From contig NMRA01000233.1 in NCBI GenBank assembly GCA_002633005.1, positions 558,001 through 622,000 on the forward strand: a DNA stretch of 64,000 nt. The letters are read 5' to 3'. This document shows positions 54,001 through 64,000 of the stretch, piece by piece. The notes under the pieces are model-generated. The model saw only the letters and a program-made list of their open reading frames with translations, did no database searches and was not told the origin of the DNA. Source of the DNA: Phoronis australis. Lineage: Eukaryota > Animalia > Phoronida. A program made the translations under genes and the position numbers. Within the stretch, counting starts at the first letter, position 1. Each line of letters starts with the position of its first letter.

Positions 54001-55744
54001 CAAAGTATGGCCCTCTGTACAGCGTGGCTTGATTGACTAAAAGCTGTGATACACACAGCTGTATGATTTGTCTCTGCACGTTTAGTATTGTCAGCCTCCG
54101 AACACAACATATTTGGCAATGAGGATGTTTTGCTTTTTTACACCCAAGCCGTTCCTGGAATCACCCGGAAAACCTACAATACCATGGAGAACTTGGATTG
54201 AACAAATTGCCGAATCCATTAAGTTGTACTAAGTTACACTTTAGAGCCCTGACCAAAACCGGGTACCACCTTAAAGAAAGGTGTCAAAAACAAATTTTTG
54301 TTTGGAATTTTAAACTAAATAGTTGTACCAAACGAGCTGACCAGAACCAACACTGTCGGTGCAACGCATTTATTAAAACAATATGTTCATCAATACTTTA
54401 ATAATTTATTTTTGCGGGACTTTTCTATTGTTGTAAGTTGACAATATAGTCAACAGATGCGTGTGCGTGATCGCACGACTAATGGAGAATCTACGTAGTG
54501 TAAATGTACGTTCGTAGCCTAAATAATTTTAATTCAATAAACGTTTGCGTAAGCTATCTCAAGTTTACCAGGATTCGTTTTTAAAATTTCATGAGTTAAA
54601 TACTGCAACACAAACGACTTCTTCACTTGCTTTGNGTACCAAACGAGCTGACCAGAACCAACACTGTCGGTGCAACGCATTTATTAAAACAATATGTTTA
54701 TCAATACTTAATTTATTTTTGCGGGACTTTTCTATTGTTGTAAGTTGACAATATAGTCAACAGATGCGTGTGCGTGATCGCACGACTAATGGAAAATCTA
54801 CGTAGTGTAAATGTACGTTCGTAGCCTAAATAATTTTAATTCAATAAAAGTGTGCGTAAGCTATCTCAAGTTTACCAGGCTTCGTTTTTAAAATTTCATG
54901 AGTTAAATACTGCAACACAAACGACTTCTTCACTTGCTTTGACAAACTGTTATGCTTACAATATGTTACCGTTAAGAACCGTTCTAGTAAAAGCTGGTTC
55001 TCAATACAATTGTGTGAGGAACTACATTGCTGGTAACCAGCAGTTGTATACGCCGTCGTGTCCAAGCAAAACGAACCCACCATAGGTCAGTTTTTCTCAC
55101 GGGTAGTCGTTTCGAAAAAATATATTACAAGTTTTGCTCATACTCAGCACAAATAATGAGCTGAAGGTGCTGCAACGCATGGAAGTTCGGTGCAAGCTTG
55201 ATTTCAAGATTTCCGTACTGTTCCGAACAGTACCAAAAAATCTCGGTTCGGTTATGTATTGACTACCGTCTTTGTCCTTGTAAAAACTTCGCTTTGCTTT
55301 ACAGTTCGTACGCCGGTGCGGGAGGTAAGAGTTTGCACGGCTTGAAAGACGCAAAGTCTGCTGATATGGCGAGGTCTAAGTCATTTACCCGTTTCCTTTA
55401 CAGCCTGTACATTTGTCGTCTCCATCCTCATCGCCATATCTCTCTTCATAATATTTCCTAAAGATCGCACTCAGAGTCTACATAACTTAGTAAATCCTCT
55501 GAACTCATCAACGTTTTCCAAGATGTCATCACGTAGCTGAAACGAAAAATCATTGACTCTATGTTGAAATATGAAATTCCTCAATTATTTCCCATAATAG
55601 GTACTTGTCTAGTTACATTTTGTGTTAAGAAATTATTTTCATGATCTACAACCTCAAAAAGAGCAAAACTCCTTTGTAAGAACGCTTTTAACTTCGGACT
55701 CCTGTACTCATTCTGCGCTCTAGTCAACAGGAATCTAGCGGCTA

Positions 55745-55745
<1 letters not shown>

Positions 55746-55778
<33 letters not shown>

Positions 55779-56128
55779 TTTTTTTATTATAGTGACATAT
55801 GATCAAATGAATTTAAACAATTAATACGTTACAAAGACTAGGAACACCCAACCCTCCACGGGGCTTATAAGTCACTTTAGATACATGATACAAAAAAGAA
55901 AAGACAAGTGTAGGCGCTTTGCAAGAGGACCAGAACGAGAAGGCCAAGATAAAAGTGATCATAAATAAATATAATTTTTCCTTACTTCAAAAATATTTTT
56001 GATGAAAACTGAAGTTCTTCTAATAACATTTTTTGCATGATTGTAATAAATTTACTTTCACAGCTTTCTGCACGGAATCGTGGATATTTAATCTCAACTT
56101 GACAATAAAAGGTGTTTCTGGCGTCTAA
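55746..56128 (-). mobile_element. 3' end of a non-LTR retrotransposon with a (TTAC)n tail, inserted in one array unit
   Basis: (AAGT)n then TTTTTTTTATT on + equals AATAAAAAA..(TTAC)n on -; absent from the other units. Confidence 0.65.
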
Positions 56129-56448
56129 GAAAAACGGACTTGATTAACATACTGTGTGAATCGCAAAGTGAAAGTGGAAACGGGAAGGAATACAAAATGA
56201 ACTACTGTTACTAAAATAGAATTGGCTTTTATGAATTTCGTTGAAGACGAATTGCACTTTTTTGTGTGTAATGCTGATGCAGATCTCCGTCAGCATTATT
56301 TGATTGAAAATTTTGATAACCATAACGCTTTCTAATACTTCAACTAGATAACGAAGACTCCAAATGCAAACATTGTAAAAAATAGTATATTTTGTCTCAG
56401 TGCTTAGAGGACAGTTGTTTAACTTGATGTTTTGTATCTAACTGTGGT

Positions 56449-56480
<32 letters not shown>

Positions 56481-58399
56481 CATGTACGTACGTGCGTATG
56501 TATATATAAATAATTTGTTGTAATACTTTGGATCTCTGGGTTCGAATGTGGTGAAATAGAATAAGGTAGTGACACAGTGCACACGACGTTATGGACAGTA
56601 GTAGCACAAGACGTCTTTACCTGTAGCTTAGTACATTGTTCCGGCTTATGGTTTCATGTTTTCTGAATATATTATTTCAGTCACATTCTTATCAGTCTCC
56701 ATCCTTGGTCTGAAAGCAACCTATAAACATAGCATACCTTTTTTGACATTTCTCCGATGTGGCTAGTGTTCTGCAGGTATTATTGTTTCACACACACGCG
56801 TACGTTTTGGCCCCTCTGTACAACGTACCGGTTGTTTGTTCGAATGAAAGCGGTTGTACACACAGTTGTATTATTAATCTCTGCACGTTCGTGTTATCAG
56901 CCTCCAAGCACAACATATTTGGCGACAAGGATGTCTTGCTTTCCCACACCCAAGACGTTTCTGGAATCAACGGCGAACCTACAAGACCATGGGATACTTG
57001 CATTGAACACATTGCCGAATCCAATTAAGTTGTACTATGTTACGCTTTAGATCCCTGAGCAAAACCGGGTACCACCTTGAAGAAATTGTTTTACTTGGTC
57101 TAAAACTTCAAAAAGAGCAAAAATCCATTGTAAGAACGTTAAGAACCTTTGTCATAGAACCTGGTTCCCAATACGATTGTGTGAGGATTCACATGGCTGA
57201 TAACCAGCAGTTGCAAACGCCGACGTGTCGAAACAAAATGAACCAACAATAGGTCAGTTGTTCTCACGGGTCGTCGTTTGGAAAGAATATATTGTAAGTT
57301 ATGTACATTCTTTGCACTAATAATGAACTGAAAGCGAGGCAACGACTGGAGGTTCTGCGCATGCCTCGTTTAAAGATTTCCGTACTCTTCCGAACTGTAC
57401 TGAAAATTCTCGGTTCGGTTATGTATTGANGTTTGGAAAGAATATATTGTAAGTTATGTACATTCTTTGCACTAATAATGAACTGAAAGCGAGGCAACGA
57501 CTGGAGGATCTGCGCATGCCTCGTTTAAAGATTTCCGTACTCTTCCGAACTGTACTGAAAATTCTCGGTTCGGTTATGTATTGACTACCGTCTTAGTCCT
57601 TGTAAAAACTTCGCTTTGCTTTACAGTTCGTACGCCAGTGCGGGAGGTAAGTGTTTGCACGGCTTTAAAGACGCAAAGTCTATTGATAAAGCGAGGTTTA
57701 AGTCATTTATCCGTTTCACTTACAGGCTGTACGTTTGTCATCTCCATCCCCATCTCCATATCTTTCTTCATATTTCCTCAAGAGCGCTCTCAGAGTATTT
57801 TAAACTTAATAAATTCTCTCAACTCATCAACGTTTTCCAATAATGTCACCACGTGGCTGGAAACGAAAAATTATTATAAAGATATGAAAACCCTCAAGAA
57901 TGTTCCAAAATAAGTACTTGTTTGGTTTCATTTTGTGTTAAGAAATTATTTTTCATGGTTTCAAACCTAAAAAAAGCAAATATCCATTGTAAGAACGCTA
58001 TAACTTCGGACCCTTGAACTCATTCTGCGCTCTAGTCAACAGGAGACCCGTCGCTATAATGAAGAGAGCGATTGACATAATGTGTCAACCACAAAGTCAA
58101 AGTGGAAACGGGAAGAAAAACAAAGTAGACTATTGTTACTAAAATAGGATTTGCTTTCATAAACTTCGTTGAAGATGAATTGCTCTTATTTGTTTGTAGT
58201 GCTTATGCAGGCTCCTTCAGCAATATTTGAATGACACTTTTGATAACCTTAACGCTGTCTTATACTTCAATAAGATTACAAAGACTTTAGATGCAAACAC
58301 TGTAAAATTGGTATGTTTAGTCTTAGTGCTTAGAGAAAAAGTTGTTTAACTCGATGTTTTGTACCTAACTGAGCTTGAATATATAGATTTGTTGTAATA

Positions 58400-59105
58400 C
58401 ATACGAATGTAATAAAGTAAATTAAAGTAGTGACACAGTGCCTACCTCTTGTGATGTTACTCCAATGTGGCTAATGGTCTGCATGTATTATTGTTTCACG
58501 CACACCCGTACAGTGTCGCCCCCCCTGTACAATGTGGCTTGTTCGAGTAAAAGCTGTGATACACGCAGCTGTGTGATTTGTCTCTGCACGTTTCTGTTAT
58601 TAGCCTCCAAACACAACATATTTGGCGACGAGGATTTCTTGCTTTTCCACACCCAAGCCGTTTCTGGAATCACCCGGCGAACCTACAGTACCATAGGATA
58701 CTTGTATTCAACACATTGTCGAATCCATTGTGCAAAGTTACACTTTAAAACCTTGAGTAAAACTGGGCACCACCTTGAAGAAAACAAATTTTTGTTTGGA
58801 CTTTTAATTAAGTAGTTGTGCCAAAGGAGCAGGCAAGAACCAAAACTCTTCGAGCGACGCGTTTGTTTAAACAACATGTTTTAATATGGTTAATTTATTT
58901 TTGCGGGAGTGTTCTATTGTTGTAAATTGTCAATATAGTCAACAGATGCTTGTGCATGGTCTCACTTGGGGTGGAAAATCTACATAGCGCAAATGTAAGT
59001 TCGTAGCCTAAATATAATTATTTCAAGGTACCTTCGCGTGAACTATCTCAAGATTACCAGGATTCGTTTTGGAAATACGATGACTTAAATGCTGCGACAC
59101 CAACG
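58400..59105 (+). mobile_element. Ty3/Gypsy LTR end + PBS + gag 5' fragment (representative copy in the array)
   Basis: LTR-like end ...CACAACA, PBS TGGCGACGAGGAT (58623-58635), then degenerate gag: consensus across copies MSCF.TPKPFLESPGEPT.PWDT.IE...SIVVN.QYSQ...LRELSQ..FGNTMT.MLR.Q. Confidence 0.75.
58623..58635 (+). promoter_or_regulatory. Primer-binding site complementary to the tRNA-Ser(GCU) 3' end
   Basis: TGGCGACGAGGAT is the reverse complement of ...AUCCUCGUCG-CCA; variant copies at about 54114, 56920, 59876, 61771 and 62627. Confidence 0.8.
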
Positions 59106-61227
59106 ACTTCTTTACTTACTTTTACATGCCGTTATGTCAACAATATGTTACCGTTAAGAGATTTTTTCGTAAAAGCTAGTTCGCAATACCATTCTGGGCG
59201 GAACTACATTGCTGATAACCTGGAGCCAGTTGCAAACTCCGACGTGTCGCAGCAAAAAGGTCACCTGTTCTCACGGGTCGTCGTTTTGGAAGGATATCTT
59301 GTAAGTTATGCTTTTACTTTGCAAAAATAATGAACTGAAGGTATAGTAACGTGAAAGTGGAAACGGCAAGGAACAAAAAATAGATTACTGTCACGAGAAT
59401 GGATCTTGCGTTTATGAACTACGCTGAAAACGAGTTGGATTTCTGTTTGTGTCAAATGCTTATGCAGAGCTTCGTCAGCAACATAAGAATGAAAATTTTG
59501 ATAACTATGGTGTTGTATTGTATTTCAACAAGATTATAAAGGCTCCATATGTAAGTCCGTAATTTTATTTAGAGTATTTTGAGAAAAGTTGTTTAATTTG
59601 ATGTTTTGTATTTAACTGTGGTTGGACATAGGTTTGTCGTTGTACTCTGAGTCTCTGGCCTCGAATGCTGTAAAGTAAAGTAAAGGATTGACACAGCATA
59701 CCTGTTTTGATATTTCTCCAATGCGACTAGTGTTCTGTATGCATTATTGTTTCACACCCACCCGTAAGGTGTCGCCCGTGTATACAATGTCATTGCACGA
59801 AATTACAACGTAGACACACACAGCTTCATGATTTGACTGCACATTTGTGTTATCCGCCTTCAAACACAACAAACTTGGCGACGAAGATGCCTTGCTTTTC
59901 CACATCCAAGCCGTTTCTGGAACACCTCGCGAACCTATGACACCATAGAATACTTGCATTGAACACATTGCCGAATCCATTAAGTTGTAATAAGTTAAAC
60001 TTAAGAACCCTAAGCAAAACCGGATACCACCTTGAAGAAAGGTGTCACAAAACAAATTTTTGTTAAGAACTTTTAATTAAGTAGATTTGACAATGGAGCA
60101 GACAAGAACCAAGACTCTTAGTGCGACGCATTTGTTTAAACAACATGTTTTTATATGGTTAATTTATTTTTACAGGAGTGTTCTATTGTTGTAAATTGTC
60201 AATATAGTCAAAAGATGCATGTGCATGGTCTCACTTGGGGTGGAAAATCTACATAGTGCAAATGAAAGTTCGTAGCCTAAATATAATTATTTCAAGGTAC
60301 TTTCGCGTGAACTAACTCAAGATTACCAAGATTCGTTTTGGAAATACGATGACTTAAATGCTGCGACACCAACGACTTCTTTACTTACTTTGACATGCTG
60401 TTAAATCAACAATATGTTACCGTTAAGAACATTTTTCGTAAAAGCTAGTTCGCAATACCATTGCGGGCGGAACTACATTGCTGATAATCCGGAGCCAATT
60501 GCAAACTCCGACGTGTCGCAGCAAAAAGAACCCACGGCAGGTCAGCTGTTCTCACGGGTCGTCGTTTTTGAAGAATATCTTGTAAATTATGCTTTTACTT
60601 TGCAAAAATAATGAACTGAAGGTATAGTAACGACTGGAGGTTCGGTGCATGCCTCATTTCAAGATTTCCGTACCGTTCCGAACTGTGCTGAAAAATCTCG
60701 GTACGGTTATGTATTGACTACCGTCTCAGCCCTTGTAAACACTTCGCTTGGCTTTACACTTCGTACGCTGGTTCGGGAGGTAAATGTTTGCACGGCTCCA
60801 AAGACGCAGAATCTGATGATATGGTGAGGTATAACTCATTTAACCGTTTTACTTACAGCCTGAGTGTACGTTTGCCATCTCCATCCCTCTTTCCATATCT
60901 CTCTTCATAATATTTCCTCAAAATCGATCTCAGAGTCTTCGTAACTTAATAAATCCGTTCAATTCATCAACGTTTTCCAATGTTGTTATCACGTAGCTGG
61001 AAACGAAAAAAATTCTTTAACTTCATATTAAGATATACATTCCTCAAGTATTTCCCAAAGTAAGTAATTGTTTAGTTACACTTTGTGTTACCAAATTATT
61101 TGACATGGTCTAACACCTCAAAAAGTGCAAAATCCATTGTCAAAAGGGATTATCTTCGGACCCCTGTACTCATTTTGCGCTCTAGTCGACAGGGGACTCA
61201 TGGCTATACTGAATAGAATGACTGACA

Positions 61228-61520
61228 GTGTGTGTGAACCAAAAAGTGAAAGTGGAAACGGCACGGAACAAAAAATAGTTTACTGTCACGGGAATGGATC
61301 TTGCGTTTATGAACTACGCTGAAATCGAGTTGGATTTCTGTTTGTGTCAAATGCTTATGCAGAGCTTCGTCAGCAACATAAGAATGAAAATTTTGATAAC
61401 TATGGTGTTGTATTGTATTTCAACAAGATTATAAAGGCTCCAGATGTAAGTCCGTATTTTTATTTAGAGTACTTTGAGAAAAGTTGTTTAATTTGATGTT
61501 TTGTATTTAACTGTGGTTGT
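61228..61520 (+). mobile_element. LINE ORF2 3'-end fragment (representative copy in the array)
   Basis: Consensus across copies NHKVKVETGR...NYVEDELHF..C.AYAELRQ.YL...FNKIMKTPD; same C-terminal motif type as the LINE at 26690-27282. Confidence 0.7.
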
Positions 61521-64000
61521 ACATAGGTTTGTCGTTGTACTCTGGGTCTCTGGCTCCGAATGCAATAACGTAAAGTAAAGGATTTACACATAGCATACCT
61601 GTTCTGATATTTCTCCAATGCGACTAGTGTTCTGTATGCATTATTGTTTCACACCCACCCGTAAGGTGTCGCCCCTTTATACAATGTCATTGCACGAAAT
61701 TATAACGTAGACACACACAGCTTCATGATTTGACTGCACATTTGTGTTATCCGCCTTCAAACAACAAACTTGGCGACGAAGATGCCTTGCTTTTCCACAT
61801 CCACGCCGTTTATGGAACACCTCTCGAACCTATGGCACCATGGAATACTTGAATTGAACACATTGCCGAATCCATTAAGTTGTAATAAGTTAAACTTTAG
61901 AACCCTAAGCAAAACCGGATACTACCTTGTAGAAAGGTGTCACAAAACAAATTTTTGTTAGGAACTTTTAATTAAGTAGATTTGCCAGAGGAGCAGACAA
62001 GAACCAAGACTCTTCGAGCGACGCATTTGTTTAAACAACATGTTTTTATATGGTTAATTTATTTNGAATAGAATGACTGACAGTTTGTGTGAACCAAAAA
62101 GTGAAAGTGGAAACGGCAAGGAACAAAAAATAGATTACTGTCACGGGAATGGATCTTGCGTTTATGAACTACGCTGAAAACGAGTTGGATTTCTGTTTGT
62201 GTCAAATGCTTATGCACAGCTTCGTCAGCAACATAAGAATGAAAATTTTGATAACTATGGCGTTGTATTGTATTTCAACAAGATTATAAAGGCTCCAGAT
62301 GTAAGTCCGTAATTTTATTTAGAGTACTTTGAGAAAAGTTGTTTAATTTGATGTTTTGTATTTAACTGAGGTTGTACATAGGTTTGTCGTTGTACTCTGG
62401 GTCTCTGGCTCCGAATGCAATAACGTAAAGTAAAGGATTTACACATAGCATACCTGTTCTGATATTTCTCCAATGCGACTAGTGTTCTGCATGCATTATT
62501 GTTTCGCACCCACCCGTAAGGTGTCGCCCCTGTATACAATGTGATTGCTCGAATTACAACGTAGACACACACAGCTCCATGTTTTGACTGCACATTTGTG
62601 TTATCTGCCTTCAAACACAACAAATTTGGCGACGAAGATGCCTTGCTTTTCCACACCCACAACAATATGTTACCGTTAAGAACCTTTTTCGTAAAAGCTA
62701 GTTCGCAATACCATTGTGGGCGGAACTACATTGCTCATAACCCGGAGCCAGTTGCAAACTCCGACGTGTCGCAGCAAAAAGGTCACCTGTTCTCACGGGT
62801 CGTCGTTTTGGAAGAATATCTTGTAAGTTATGCTTTTACTTTGCAAAAATAACGAACTGAAGGTATAGTAACGACTGGAGGTTCGGTGCATGCCTCATTT
62901 CAAGATTTCCGTACCTTTCCGAACTGTACTGAAAAATCTCGGTACGGTTATGTATTGACTACCGTCTCAGCCCTTGTAAACACTTCGCTTGGATTTACAC
63001 TTCGTACGCTGGTTCGGGAGGTAAATGTTTGCACGGCTCCAAAGACGCAGAATCTGATGATATAGTGAGGTATAACTCATCTAACCGATTTACTTACAGC
63101 CTGTACGTTTGCCATCTCCATCCCTCTTTCCATATCTCTCTCTTCATAATATTTCCTCAAAATCGATCTCAGAGTCTTCGTAACTTAATAAATCCGTTCA
63201 ATTCATCAACGTTTTCCAATGTTGTTATCACGTAGCTGAAAACGAAAAAAAATCTTTAACTTCATATTAAGATATACATTCCTCAAGTATTTCCCAAAGT
63301 AAGTAATTGTTTAGTTACACTTTGTGTTACCAAATTATTTGACATGGTCTAACACCTCAAAAAGTTCAAAATCCATTGTCAAAAGGCCTTATCTTCGGAC
63401 CCCTGTACTCATTTTGCGCTCTAGTCGACAGGGGACTTATGGCTATAATGAATAGAATGACTGACAGTGTGTGTGAACCAAAAAGTGAAAGTGGAAACGG
63501 CACGGAACAAAAAATAGATTACTGTCACGGGAATGGATCTTGCGTTTATGAACTACGCTGAAAACGAGTTGGATTTCTGTTTGTGTCAAATGCTTATGCA
63601 GAGCTTCGTCAGCAACATAAGAATGAAAATTTTGATAACTATGGTGTTGTATTGTATTTCAACAACATTATAAAGGCTCCAGATGTAAGTCCGTAATTTT
63701 ATTTAGAGTACTTTGAGAAAAGTTGTTTAATTTGATGTTTTGTATTTAACTGTGGTTGTACATAGGTTTGTCGTTGTACTCTGGGTCTCTGGCCTCGAAT
63801 GCAATAACGTAAAGTAAAGGATTTACACATAGCATACCTGTTTTGATATTTCTCCAATGCGACTAGTGTTCTGTATGCATTATTGTTTCACACCCACCCG
63901 TAAGGTGTCGCCCCTGTATACAATGTCATTGCACGAAATTACAACGTAGACACACACAGCTTCATGATTTGACTGCACATTTGTGTTATCCGCCTTCAAA

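Larger units (their letters stand above)
51946..64000. repeat. Tandem array of ~1.9-kb chimeric retroelement-derived units (at least 6-7 copies, runs off the window)
   Basis: Anchor AGTGGAAACGG near 53330, 56170, 58100, 59355, 61250, 62105 and 63485; a complete unit is about 59352-61244; several copies have internal deletions. Confidence 0.9.

Overview
Intron-containing animal DNA from a heterozygous draft assembly, probably a marine invertebrate; the species cannot be fixed from the sequence. It has three N-gaps and nine single-N junctions flanked by near-duplicated sequence. The first ~35 kb holds three protein-coding genes. (1) The 3' end of a Tiam1/still life (SIF)-type Rac GEF on + (six exons, 2479-8073), plus a candidate 15-nt regulated microexon at 1318-1332. 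(2) A complete 7-exon PEX10 on - (10619-16836, 292 aa), whose first two coding exons appear again at 18166-20045, probably as the other haplotype. (3) A complete 6-exon class I SAM-dependent methyltransferase on + (26334-34568, 273 aa). The remaining ~29 kb has no recognisable host gene and is dominated by decayed mobile DNA: a hAT transposase remnant continuing into a ~4.4-kb satellite built from part of that transposase, a HERO/NeSL-like non-LTR remnant, MITEs, and from ~52 kb to the end a tandem array of ~1.9-kb units. Each unit joins a Gypsy LTR + tRNA-Ser PBS + gag start, an antisense gag-like piece and a LINE 3' end. All homology calls come from motif recognition by eye, not database searches.
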